Shown here: piece after piece, positions 31,251 to 41,255 of the stretch
Layout: each line of letters begins with the position of its first letter
Numbering within the stretch: the stretch's first letter is position 1
Assembly (NCBI GenBank): GCA_946612115.1
Contig: CAMOEI010000003.1
Span: forward strand, 46,515-110,514
Length of the DNA stretch: 64,000 bases
Direction: 5' to 3'
DNA from: an uncultured Bacillales bacterium
Lineage (GTDB): Bacteria > Bacillota_I > Bacilli_A > RFN20 > CAG-826
Notes under the pieces: model-generated
The model's input: only the letters and a program-made list of their open reading frames with translations
What the model was told of the DNA's origin: nothing
Databases searched by the model: none
Program-made: the position numbers and the translations under genes

Positions 31251-32504
31251 TTATTTAGTTTGAAATTTTTTAATAAGTAATAAAGCAATACCAACTGCAC
31301 TTAATGTGGCAATGATACTAGATGTAATAGCGATGTTACCTCCACAGCCATTTGAAGGTGCTGCCATTCCTAAATAAAGAACAATCGTGTATGATTCAGC
31401 GTTCTTGGTAACTGACATTTTTACTGCTGTTTTTTCTGTACTGCTAATCCTTACACTTCCATCAGCGTTCTTTGTAATTGTAGCTGGTCCAGAATATTCA
31501 GAACCATTAGTGTTATAGAATGTCCATGTTGCTTCAGCATCGATTGAATTGTTCACAAATGGATAAAGCAAAACATAATCAGATAAATCCATCATTGAAT
31601 ATGCTTTAGGCATTACATAGAATGTTCCATCAGCTTTTTTCATTCTGATATCAACTGAAATATCAGTAGATGGTGGTGGGGTTGGGGTTGGTTGAGATGC
31701 ACAGATAGCTTGTGTTTTCGCGTTTGTGTTACCCCAAATTTGACATGCATATTCTGGGTGATCAATAAATGGATTTTTATTTCCTTGAAGTTTTTCAGCT
31801 TCAGTGTTTCTTGTTCTTTCTCTAGCGGTGACTGGATAACGAATATTCCAAGACAATAAATCACTTAATTTACCATGTAAGTGACTACTTTCACTTGCAG
31901 TGGAGTTATCACAAAGTCCTAATTGAGCATCAGCGACAACACAGTAGAAAATAATTCTAGCGGCGTCTCCTCTATAAGAGGCTGATGCTGTATGGCCAAC
32001 TGTTGCAGGATCCCAACCATAAGAATCTCCAATTTCCGCAAAGTGTTTGTTTCCACGGTCACTATTATCACTAGTGAATGTTGGTCTAGTCATATGAATG
32101 TCGTCTTCAAGAGGATCTTTATCACGACCTAAGACAGTTCTACTAGCAGGCCAAACGTGTTCTCTATTCATTCCGCTCTTGGAGCCACTTGTTCCATTAT
32201 AGAAACCTGTAATAGTGTTGCTTCCTGTTCCTGGATCAGTCTTATAATACGCCCCAGAAGAGAACATACTGTCATAACCAACACGGCTTCTTAATTTTGT
32301 TTTATTAATTTTTTGTAAACTTGTTAATAATGCAGGGCCACTACTTAAATCAACACCTGCATAGTAAGTTGCAGGGTCTTCATTAGAATATGCAGCTTCT
32401 GCTTCTCTAACAGCAGTTTTATCTCTAATAACGTCAAAGGCGATAAGACCAACTGAAAGAACTCCAATTAAACCCAAACCAATAACACTTTTCTTAATTT
32501 TCAT
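31251..32504 (-). CDS. Secreted/anchored endonuclease I family nuclease
   Basis: Signal peptide, NREHVWP, RGDAAR, QGNKNPFIDHPE, Pro-rich linker, C-terminal TM. Confidence 0.88.
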   Translation of the reverse strand: MKIKKSVIGLGLIGVLSVGLIAFDVIRDKTAVREAEAAYSNEDPATYYAGVDLSSGPALLTSLQKINKTKLRSRVGYDSMFSSGAYYKTDPGTGSNTITGFYNGTSGSKSGMNREHVWPASRTVLGRDKDPLEDDIHMTRPTFTSDNSDRGNKHFAEIGDSYGWDPATVGHTASASYRGDAARIIFYCVVADAQLGLCDNSTASESSHLHGKLSDLLSWNIRYPVTARERTRNTEAEKLQGNKNPFIDHPEYACQIWGNTNAKTQAICASQPTPTPPPSTDISVDIRMKKADGTFYVMPKAYSMMDLSDYVLLYPFVNNSIDAEATWTFYNTNGSEYSGPATITKNADGSVRISSTEKTAVKMSVTKNAESYTIVLYLGMAAPSNGCGGNIAITSSIIATLSAVGIALLLIKKFQTK

Positions 32505-32626
32505 AATAGTTGTCTCTCTAATACATATACATTATACGCCTATATGTAGATTAATAAAACTATCTTATTTTTAAGAAAAAAGAACCACATAAGTGATTCT
32601 TTTAATTAACAAATAGTGAGTATTAT

Positions 32627-32941
32627 CTACTCGAATTTTAATCCTGAAACATTACTCGCAGGTAAAGAGAAGACAATACCTTGTCCATTTGTTTCAATGC
32701 CTCCAACCTTGTTAATGGCAGACATAATGGCATCTCTTGTTTTAACATTAGTTAAAATATAGACCATTTCCTTTTGTGGAGTGATTACTAAACCGTATTT
32801 CTTTTCAATATCTTTATTCGCTGTTCCACGAGCACGGATAATAGTGCCACCTCTAGCTCCTGCTTCTCTAGCAGCATCCATTACTTTTTCGGAATAGCCT
32901 TCGTTGATGATAACAACGATTAATTCATGTTTTTCTGCCAT
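32627..32941 (-). CDS. P-II family signalling protein
   Basis: VMDAAREAGARGGTII.ARGT, GIVFSLP. Confidence 0.85.
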   Translation of the reverse strand: MAEKHELIVVIINEGYSEKVMDAAREAGARGGTIIRARGTANKDIEKKYGLVITPQKEMVYILTNVKTRDAIMSAINKVGGIETNGQGIVFSLPASNVSGLKFE

Positions 32942-32945
32942 AACT

Positions 32946-33356
32946 TTACCCCCTAATGGTTTGAGTGAAGAATTTGTAAAGTTTAACTCCCACAATTGAA
33001 CTAAGTTCAAGAGTGAAACCAACCCCATTATTTTTACGACTTGAAGCAAAATATGCTTCTAGTTCTTCTTTAATTTCTTTAACGCGATCTTCTCTAACGA
33101 CCGAACAAACAACTTCTTTTCTAGTATCTTCAATATTCAATATTTCTTTAACTTTGCTATTTGCGGTACCCTCTCCAATTTGAACAAATTGAGCAGTGCT
33201 TCCTCTATTTTTGAAGATCCTAATGATGTTATCAGCTTGGCCATAGTTCACAATGACTACATAGTAAACAAGCTTTTTGAGATCTTCCCTTTTTTCAAAA
33301 GGAGTGTATGTCTCTTCTTTTTTGACTGCTTTTTTAGCTTTCTTAACTTCCGCCAT
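32946..33356 (-). CDS. P-II-like protein
   Basis: IVNYG, GEGTA, GVGFT; in operon with DUF1538. Confidence 0.7.
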   Translation of the reverse strand: MAEVKKAKKAVKKEETYTPFEKREDLKKLVYYVVIVNYGQADNIIRIFKNRGSTAQFVQIGEGTANSKVKEILNIEDTRKEVVCSVVREDRVKEIKEELEAYFASSRKNNGVGFTLELSSIVGVKLYKFFTQTIRG

Positions 33357-33367
33357 AAAAGAACCTC

Positions 33368-34990
33368 CTAATTAAAATGGATGATTTCGTTATTACGAAC
33401 ATCTTCAATTTGCTCTCTAACAAGTTTAAGAGCGTACATTGATTTAAATTTAGTAACTAATCCAAGAATTTGAATAGCAATAATTGGTGTCATAGCGATT
33501 AAAGCAACCGCTCCAAAGGAAGTATTATAGAATCTTAAGCTTTCAGTTAACACTCCATCAGTAACAACATCTCCTTCAATTGGATTAGCAGCTCCTCTAA
33601 TAGAGAATAGACCAATAATCATTGGAAGAATAAAAGATACCGCCATCGGACCAGAAGCAGTTCCACCAGAGTCAAAAGCGATTGCGGTATATAAATCTGG
33701 TACTAAGAACATTAAGACAAATGATAATAAATATCCTGGAACAATTATATAAATAATTGAGAAGTTATATAAGGTTCTGATAAATGATAATCCAATAGCA
33801 ATTCCAACACCAATTGATAAGGTGAATAAAACAGTCTTTCTTTTGATTTGCCCATCACTAATTTCTTCAATTTGAGTTGTTAAGACGTGGACTGCAGGTT
33901 CACATAAAATAGTCACCATACCGATAACAAAGGCCACGATAATGATAATCCAGTCTGGTTGATTGGCGAGCTTTTGTCCAACCTCTAATCCGATTGGGCT
34001 CATTGTCGCTCCAACTGCAGTTAAAAAGAATGTTAATCCAACAAAAGAAAGGAGGAAACCAATCATTAATTGTCCAATTTTCTTCGCTGATAATTTGATA
34101 TAAATAAGTTCATAAATAAAGAAGATTACAAGTATTGGAGTTAACGCCATAATGACTTCAATTAGAGCACCTAATGAAGTGAAGCTTGAATTAGGTAATA
34201 ACGAATGTAAGAAGCGATCAATAATCGAAATATTTGCAAAATTTGGAAGTTGATAAGCAGAAAATCCTGCTGGATTAACCATAATTAAAATAACCATTGT
34301 TAATATTGGTCCAATAGAGGCAAGACCAACTAAACCAAAGGAACTATCTCTAGAATTGTCTCTTCCTCTAACCATTGCAACTCCTGCTCCAAGAGCCAAT
34401 ATGAACGGCACTGTTGCAGAACCAGTTGTCACCCCTCCAGCATCAAAAATAAATGGTAAATACACGTGATTTGCAGGATTTACTTGCAAAATGCAGATCA
34501 TTAAGAAGACCATCAAATAGAAAAGTAAATACCAAATATTGAGCGATTTATTATAGACAACTCTTAAGATTCCAATAACGACAAAGATTCCAACTCCTGC
34601 AGCGATTGATCCGATTAAAATCCACTTATTGATTTGAACTTGATTGGAAATAATTAAGATACTTGGCTCGGCGCAAGTAATAAGAGTGCCCAGTAAGAAA
34701 GCAAAGATAATAACTATCCAAAGATTCTTTTGCTTAGATAAGCTAGTGCCCATATATTCACCAACTTTAACTAGTGAATTAGAAGCGCCTACTTGGAATA
34801 AGGCTAAGCCAACAATTAAAACGACCGCACCAACACCAAGGAGTAAATAGTTATCTCCACCTAAACTAACGTCAGTAATTGTTGTTCCAATTGGTGCAAC
34901 ACCAAATAGAGATAATAGAAAAACAATCACCACGATTGGAGTGATTGATAATAAGCTAGATAAGAAGGCGCGAGCGAATCTATTTTTCAT
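33368..34990 (-). CDS. DUF1538 membrane protein (two fused repeats)
   Basis: AEP/CEP, FDAGGVTTG and FDSGGTASG repeats. Confidence 0.88.
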   Translation of the reverse strand: MKNRFARAFLSSLLSITPIVVIVFLLSLFGVAPIGTTITDVSLGGDNYLLLGVGAVVLIVGLALFQVGASNSLVKVGEYMGTSLSKQKNLWIVIIFAFLLGTLITCAEPSILIISNQVQINKWILIGSIAAGVGIFVVIGILRVVYNKSLNIWYLLFYLMVFLMICILQVNPANHVYLPFIFDAGGVTTGSATVPFILALGAGVAMVRGRDNSRDSSFGLVGLASIGPILTMVILIMVNPAGFSAYQLPNFANISIIDRFLHSLLPNSSFTSLGALIEVIMALTPILVIFFIYELIYIKLSAKKIGQLMIGFLLSFVGLTFFLTAVGATMSPIGLEVGQKLANQPDWIIIIVAFVIGMVTILCEPAVHVLTTQIEEISDGQIKRKTVLFTLSIGVGIAIGLSFIRTLYNFSIIYIIVPGYLLSFVLMFLVPDLYTAIAFDSGGTASGPMAVSFILPMIIGLFSIRGAANPIEGDVVTDGVLTESLRFYNTSFGAVALIAMTPIIAIQILGLVTKFKSMYALKLVREQIEDVRNNEIIHFN

Positions 34991-35077
34991 AGCAGTTCAA
35001 TTATACTTTTATTAAGTATATTTGAGAATAATTAAAATTAAAAAAATACTCCTTAAACATTTTGTTTTGGGAGTATC

Positions 35078-36001
35078 TTAGATTTTCACTTTAGGGAATA
35101 ATGTGAAGAACTCTTTTGGCACAGGAGCTTTAAACTTAAGCTCTTTACCAGTTAATGGGTGCCTAATATCAAGTTCATAGGCATGTAATCCAAGTCTTTT
35201 TATTGGGTTAGTTGGATTACCATATTTATCATCCCCGATGATGTGATGACCAACATCTCCTAAATGCACTCTGATTTGATTTTTTCTACCGCTATCAATG
35301 TGGACATCTAATAAAGAATAATTACCTTCTTCAGCAATAACTTTATAGTGAGTAACTGAATATTGTCCATCACCTTTCTTCTTAGAAGAATACATCATAT
35401 TTTGTGCGTTCTTCTTTAAATAAGAAGTAATGGTGCCAGATTTCTCTTTTAAGATTCCATCAACAATTGCGTAATATCCTCTTAAAGAAACTAAATCATT
35501 CCATTTATCTTGTAATGCTTCTTGAAGTTTTTGGTTTTTAACAAACATCAAGACTCCAGATGTATCTTCATCAATACGGTGAACAACATAGATACGATTG
35601 TGTTTATCTTTCTGTTGAACGTAATCAGTAACAATACGATAAGCGGTTGAACCTTTTTCTTTATCGCTAGCGATACTTAATAACCCTGAAGGTTTATTAA
35701 TAACTAGCATTTCATTATTTTCAAAAATAATAGGTAAATTACTTCTAGCTTTTTGTCTAACAGGAGTCTTTGAAATGATGACAGTATCACCTTTACACAA
35801 TTTAAAATTAAATTGTGAAATAGGCGCACCATCAATGCTCACTCTGTGATTAGATAATAAAGATTTAACTGAATTGCGGCTTTGATCTTTTAAAGTTTCT
35901 AAAAGAAATTCCAATAGTTCGCAGTCTTTATTAACTTTGAATTCTCTAGAACCAGAATAATCTTTGCTTCTATTTTCAAATCTCTTTTTATTTTTGTTCA
36001 T
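35078..36001 (-). CDS. RluA/RluD family pseudouridine synthase
   Basis: NKPSGL, VHRIDEDTSG, GRKNQIRVH, LHA. Confidence 0.93.
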   Translation of the reverse strand: MNKNKKRFENRSKDYSGSREFKVNKDCELLEFLLETLKDQSRNSVKSLLSNHRVSIDGAPISQFNFKLCKGDTVIISKTPVRQKARSNLPIIFENNEMLVINKPSGLLSIASDKEKGSTAYRIVTDYVQQKDKHNRIYVVHRIDEDTSGVLMFVKNQKLQEALQDKWNDLVSLRGYYAIVDGILKEKSGTITSYLKKNAQNMMYSSKKKGDGQYSVTHYKVIAEEGNYSLLDVHIDSGRKNQIRVHLGDVGHHIIGDDKYGNPTNPIKRLGLHAYELDIRHPLTGKELKFKAPVPKEFFTLFPKVKI

Positions 36002-36869
36002 AAATCTTTCTTATAACCATTTTGGCATAAATCTCAGCAACATTGATTTTAGTAACTTTCTCAAACTCTTCGAAAAAAGCATTAGAATTCATTTCACATA
36101 ATACTGGTTCATCATTTTCTCCAAATAAGAAATCAAGCCCAGCGTATTCAATATGATATAGCTTAGCAATGTATTCAGAAACTTTTCTAATCTTATCAGT
36201 AATCACTAAAGTTTTAGCGGAAGCAGTAGTGGAGAAATTACTTCTAAAATCTTCTCTATTATATCGTTCAAACCCACCGACAATTTGTTCATCAATAATA
36301 AGAATTCTCATTGATCTTCCATCGCTAGTTTTAATATATTCTTGGAACTGCAATGGATTGCGACAATGCTCTTTATAGAGGTTAATTAATTCATCTTTAG
36401 ATTTAACTAAAAACACCCCAGTTCCTAGTGAACCATAAACCTTTTTTAAAACAAGTGGGAGGCCTAATTCTTCAACAACATAATCAAGGAATTTGAAATT
36501 ATCTTCTTTAAGTTCCTGAGAATAAAATAACGGCCCAGATATCGTTTTTGGCATCAAAATTCCTTTATTTGCTAAAGAAATATTTGTTAGACCTTTATCA
36601 TCACATAACTTAATAAAATCAGCGGAATCAAACATTCTAATTCCTTGCTTTTCAATCATTCTGGCAAGATAAATGTCCTTATCTAAGTAGATGACAAAAT
36701 CGCACTTAGGCAAATTCAGTTGTAGGTTGTTGTCTTTAATGATCGCTAAACTTCCATCATTAACGAAAACATCAAGGGTAACACCAAGTTTATTAAACTC
36801 TTCTGTAAACCTTTTGATCTTATATTCGTTATGACCTAATTCTTGGTTAACAATAATGATTCCGTTCAT
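35988..36869 (-). CDS. RimK family ATP-grasp ligase
   Basis: CDDK, GSLGTGVFL, QEYI, DFRSN, GLD, CEMNSN. Confidence 0.88.
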   Translation of the reverse strand: MNGIIIVNQELGHNEYKIKRFTEEFNKLGVTLDVFVNDGSLAIIKDNNLQLNLPKCDFVIYLDKDIYLARMIEKQGIRMFDSADFIKLCDDKGLTNISLANKGILMPKTISGPLFYSQELKEDNFKFLDYVVEELGLPLVLKKVYGSLGTGVFLVKSKDELINLYKEHCRNPLQFQEYIKTSDGRSMRILIIDEQIVGGFERYNREDFRSNFSTTASAKTLVITDKIRKVSEYIAKLYHIEYAGLDFLFGENDEPVLCEMNSNAFFEEFEKVTKINVAEIYAKMVIRKIYEQK

Positions 36870-36924
36870 ATTGATTTATTATTTCATTTAATTAAAAAGA
36901 AAACAACTTAATGTTGTTTCCTAA

Positions 36925-37431
36925 TTATTCAAATCTGAAGTTTTCTTTAACGATTCCTTCGATATAATTTTGTTTTGTTAATCGATAAGTTTCAAAGTCT
37001 GCTCCACATTTTTTGAGTAATTCTTCTCTAAAACGATTATACGCTCTTACTCGACTACGATCTTCCATGAGGTAGGTCTTAAAAGCTTTGAACTCATTAT
37101 ATCTTTGAGAAGCATATTGCACGATTCTTAATGTAATGCCATATCCTAATACTTTGGTTTTCTTCACTAAGACTAAACAATCGACATCAGAGTATTGAGG
37201 GACAAGACGATATTCTCTATTACAAAGTAAATTTTGAACTGTCGTTGCATCGATAATGTCATTGATTGATAGAAGAATGTCGACATTTTTAGCAGACATA
37301 CATACAGGTATTGATGTCGCACCAATATGCTCAATAGAAACTTTGATGTCTCCTAAGATAAATTTCAAATTTATCTTTTCTTGATTAAAGGCATCGCTCC
37401 ATTTTTCTGGTTGATATTCAAAATTCGCCAT
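36925..37431 (-). CDS. GrpB/UPF0157 nucleotidyltransferase-like protein
   Basis: IEHIGATSIP...AKNVDILL motif. Confidence 0.75.
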   Translation of the reverse strand: MANFEYQPEKWSDAFNQEKINLKFILGDIKVSIEHIGATSIPVCMSAKNVDILLSINDIIDATTVQNLLCNREYRLVPQYSDVDCLVLVKKTKVLGYGITLRIVQYASQRYNEFKAFKTYLMEDRSRVRAYNRFREELLKKCGADFETYRLTKQNYIEGIVKENFRFE

Positions 37432-37433
37432 AA

Positions 37434-38720
37434 TTACGCTCCATCGATGTGAGTGTCACAAATATTTTCATATGAATTGCCATCTTTATTAAACATAGAA
37501 GATTTCTTTTTACTTCCACTAGATGGTTCAACAAGTTTATTAACATAAGCATGGAAAACTTCCATATCTTTTTTATTAGAGAATTTTGCCATATAGAATT
37601 TATTGCCCATACAGTCCGCTAAGACATCTGGATAGATTCCAGTATTACAAAGTTCTTTTTGAAAGGTTCTGAATATATCTTCATCAGTATAGAAGTAGTT
37701 CTTACCCCATCTTCTACTAGCGGTTGCTAAGTAATATTTATCACCATTTGCTTTTTCAGGTTCGATCTCCGCCATAACATCAGCGTAAATTTGGTAGCAG
37801 TTTAAAGAATTACCAAAATTTATCATATCTGGAGTGTATCCTCCTGGTGGACGAATGTTAACCTCTAAACCAACAATATCACCAATTTGGAAAAAGCCTT
37901 CTCTTTCCATTGTGACTTTAAAGAATTCAAAGTGGAAAAATCTCTTTCTAATTCTAAATGCCTTAACAGCAGCGTGACCAGCTTTAACTAAATTAGGATC
38001 AGGTTTCTTATTCACATAATAGAACATATCTAATCCAGCTTTAGCGACATCACTAATTGAAGGTGGACAGACCATTGATGAATAGAAAACGACGTTGCTA
38101 TCTTTATCGGCAACTCCGTCAAAAGTAACGATATCTCCAGTAACATATGTTTCGCAAATATATGAGATATTCGCGTCTTTTTCTGCGTAAAAAGCCTCTA
38201 AATCTTCTAAATTCTTGATTTTATAACTGATTGCAGCGCCAACACCGATATCTGATTTAATAAATAAAGGATAGCCATGTTTTTTAGCGAAATTAACTAA
38301 TTCGTTATGGTCTCCAACAAGGATATATGGAGCAACTTTAACACCAGCCTTTTCAAAGCTTTGTTTCATTTCAGATTTCTTTTGATAATGGTCTAATTCA
38401 TGTTCTCTTAAACCAGTATCAATGTTAAAAATATCTCTTAAAATTGAGTCTTTTCTAAGCCAATATTCATTATTACTCTCTAAATAATCGATATGACCAT
38501 ATCTATCTTGGAAATAACCTACTGCTCTTTTTTCTTCATCAAAGTTATCAAGGTTATTCACCTTATAATATTCAGTTAGTGATTCTTTAAGTTCTGGGGC
38601 TAGTGAATCATATGGTTCATCCCCAACTCCAAGCACTCTAAAGCCGTCTTTTTTTAATGCTTGGGCGAATCTAAAGTAGGTCCTTGGAAAATTTGGTGAG
38701 ATTAAAACGAAATTTTTCAT
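37434..38720 (-). CDS. ATP-grasp domain protein
   Basis: ISPNFP, ESNNEYWL, FFHFEFF, LEVNIRPPGG. Confidence 0.8.
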   Translation of the reverse strand: MKNFVLISPNFPRTYFRFAQALKKDGFRVLGVGDEPYDSLAPELKESLTEYYKVNNLDNFDEEKRAVGYFQDRYGHIDYLESNNEYWLRKDSILRDIFNIDTGLREHELDHYQKKSEMKQSFEKAGVKVAPYILVGDHNELVNFAKKHGYPLFIKSDIGVGAAISYKIKNLEDLEAFYAEKDANISYICETYVTGDIVTFDGVADKDSNVVFYSSMVCPPSISDVAKAGLDMFYYVNKKPDPNLVKAGHAAVKAFRIRKRFFHFEFFKVTMEREGFFQIGDIVGLEVNIRPPGGYTPDMINFGNSLNCYQIYADVMAEIEPEKANGDKYYLATASRRWGKNYFYTDEDIFRTFQKELCNTGIYPDVLADCMGNKFYMAKFSNKKDMEVFHAYVNKLVEPSSGSKKKSSMFNKDGNSYENICDTHIDGA

Positions 38721-38756
38721 ATATCACTATTATAAATAATTATTTTTTATATTCTA

Positions 38757-38807
38757 TTGATTTTTCAATAGTGGGGCATTACACTTTTCATTGACTAAAT
38801 TGTCAAT
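38757..38807 (+). promoter_or_regulatory. Promoter (TTGATT-N17-TACACT) and palindromic operator ATTGAC-N6-GTCAAT
   Basis: Directly upstream of the TetR-ABC operon; typical TetR autoregulation layout. Confidence 0.6.
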
Positions 38808-38813
38808 TAAACT

Positions 38814-39416
38814 ATGCCAAAGACTAAAGAACAATTCCAAGCCATCAAAGAAGAAAGAGCAGATTCCATCTTAAGAAGCGCTCTTCCTATTTTCACTATT
38901 AAAGGCTATGATGGGACTTCAATTGATGAGATTGCTAAAGCCGCTAATTGTTCCCATGGTCTTTTATATCACTATTACAAAAATAAAGATGACTTATTCC
39001 ATGAAATGATGGAATTGATTGTCGTTCCATATGTTAGGTCAGTTAGAGAGTCAGTGGATCTTAATCAAAAAGCTTCATATGCATTACATGATTTGATAAA
39101 CGCTCACCTTAATGCTTTAAAAAGCGATAATGATGAGCTTTGCATGTCGATATATCTAATTCTCAATATGCACTTGCAAAGAACTGTGAATCTAAAAAGA
39201 AGACCCACAAATCGGAAACGATTAGGTGAATACATTATGGACCTCATTGAGCGAGGTCAATACGAAGGAGATTTCACCAAAGAATACTCTTCTAGAGAGA
39301 TCACAATGATATTAATGACAAGCCTTAAAGGCTTATCATATAACAGAATAATGCTCGGCAGTAAGAAATTCTACTGCCCTCATAGCGAACCGTTTATGAG
39401 AATGATTTATAAGTAA
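38814..39416 (+). CDS. TetR/AcrR family regulator
   Basis: GYDGTSIDEIAKAANCSHGLLYHYYKNKDDL. Confidence 0.92.
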   Translation: MPKTKEQFQAIKEERADSILRSALPIFTIKGYDGTSIDEIAKAANCSHGLLYHYYKNKDDLFHEMMELIVVPYVRSVRESVDLNQKASYALHDLINAHLNALKSDNDELCMSIYLILNMHLQRTVNLKRRPTNRKRLGEYIMDLIERGQYEGDFTKEYSSREITMILMTSLKGLSYNRIMLGSKKFYCPHSEPFMRMIYK

Positions 39417-39425
39417 GGAGGAAAT

Positions 39426-41255
39426 ATGCTTAAGAATATTAAATTAATACTTCAAAGTGTTAGACAATATAAAAAATACGCGATTATTACTCCTTTATTT
39501 ATGGTAGGAGAAGCAGGTTTAGAATGTGCGATGCCATTTATCATGGGTATGTTTGTTGATGGAATTAAACTTCTCAACACTCCAAATGATTTCTTCTCTT
39601 CAAGTAGTGGAATTCCTGTTTTCTATTTAGCGTTAATCTTATTAACGATGGCAATTTTCTCCTTAGTGTTTGGAATTTTAGGAGGAAAATATGCCTCAAT
39701 TGCCTCTGTTGGGCTTGCCACTAATTTAAGAAGTGATTTATATAAGAAATTAACTAGTTTCTCTTTTGAGAACATTGATAAATTCTCCTCATCTAGTTTA
39801 GTTACTAGAATGACTACTGATATCAATAATGTTCAAATGGCGTTCCAAATGATGATTCGTATCGTTGTTAGAGCACCTTTAATGCTTATTTTCTCCGCAA
39901 TTATGACATTCGTTGGTGGAGGAGTGATGGGCTTTATTTTCATCGCGATGATTCCAATTGTCACTTTCGGAATGATTCTCATCGTTAAACACGCGATGGG
40001 TGTCTTCATGAAGGTCTTCAAAAGATATGATAGACTCAATGAGTCTGTTCAAGAAAACGTCAGCGGCATTAGAGTGGTTAAATCTTATGTTAGAGAAGAT
40101 TATGAAAAACATAAATTTAACACAGCGAGTAATAACATCACCAAAGAATTCATTAAAGGTGAAAAGATTGTTGCCTTAGGCAATCCTCTTTTAAACACTT
40201 CAATTCACTTATCTAATATCTTAATTATTGGTATTGGAACATGCTTGATTTACACAACAGGTGTATGGACAGAAAAATATGACGAAGCAACTGGAACTTA
40301 TGTTGGAGACTGGATTGGTGGAGCCTTAACTTTAGGCCAATTATCCGCTCTTATCACATACGGCATTCAAATATTAATGTCCTTGATGATGATTTCAATG
40401 ATTATGGTCATGTTGACATTATCTTTAGAAGCTATCAAACGTATCAGTGAAGTTTTAATGGAAAAGCCAACCATTAGGAATCCAAAAGATCCAGTTATGG
40501 AAGTAAAAAATGGTGATGTAACATTTAAAAATGTTAACTTCAAATATAAAAAAGATGCTGAAAAGAACACTCTTAGTAATATCAATCTCAACATTAAAAG
40601 TGGCCAATTCGTTGGTATTTTAGGTTCAACTGGTTCTGGAAAGACTTCTGTTGTTAACTTAATTTCTAGACTATACGATGTAAACGAAGGAGAAGTCCTT
40701 GTTGGAGATGTTAATGTCAAAGATTATGACATAGAAACATTGAGAACAAACGTCGCAGTTGTCTTACAAAAGAATGTTTTATTCTCCGGAACAATTGAAT
40801 CAAACCTCAAATGGGGTAATTTAAACGCTACAGAAGAAGAGATGATGAAAGCGTGTAAAATTGCTCAAGCTGAAGAAATAGTTAACGCAAAACCTGAAGG
40901 ACTCAAATCAAGAGTGGAGCAAGGTGGAGCGAATTTCTCTGGTGGACAAAAGCAAAGGCTTTGTATTGCTAGAGCAATTATGAGCCAACCTAAAATTTTA
41001 ATTTTAGATGACTCCACCAGTGCGGTCGACACTAAAACCGATCGCTTAATTAGAAAAGGATTAAAAGAAGAGCTACCAAATATGACTAAAATCGTCATTG
41101 CTCAACGTATTTCTTCCATTGAAGACGCTGATCAAATCGTCATTCTTGATAACGGAGTAATTAATGATATTGGAACTCATGATGAATTATTAAAACGCAA
41201 CCATATTTATCAAGAAATCTATCAAACCCAAAACAGAGTAGGAGGTGATAAATAA
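39426..41255 (+). CDS. ABC exporter, fused TMD-ATPase (heterodimer subunit 1)
   Basis: GSTGSGKT, FSGGQKQR, degenerate LDDS. Confidence 0.93.
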   Translation: MLKNIKLILQSVRQYKKYAIITPLFMVGEAGLECAMPFIMGMFVDGIKLLNTPNDFFSSSSGIPVFYLALILLTMAIFSLVFGILGGKYASIASVGLATNLRSDLYKKLTSFSFENIDKFSSSSLVTRMTTDINNVQMAFQMMIRIVVRAPLMLIFSAIMTFVGGGVMGFIFIAMIPIVTFGMILIVKHAMGVFMKVFKRYDRLNESVQENVSGIRVVKSYVREDYEKHKFNTASNNITKEFIKGEKIVALGNPLLNTSIHLSNILIIGIGTCLIYTTGVWTEKYDEATGTYVGDWIGGALTLGQLSALITYGIQILMSLMMISMIMVMLTLSLEAIKRISEVLMEKPTIRNPKDPVMEVKNGDVTFKNVNFKYKKDAEKNTLSNINLNIKSGQFVGILGSTGSGKTSVVNLISRLYDVNEGEVLVGDVNVKDYDIETLRTNVAVVLQKNVLFSGTIESNLKWGNLNATEEEMMKACKIAQAEEIVNAKPEGLKSRVEQGGANFSGGQKQRLCIARAIMSQPKILILDDSTSAVDTKTDRLIRKGLKEELPNMTKIVIAQRISSIEDADQIVILDNGVINDIGTHDELLKRNHIYQEIYQTQNRVGGDK

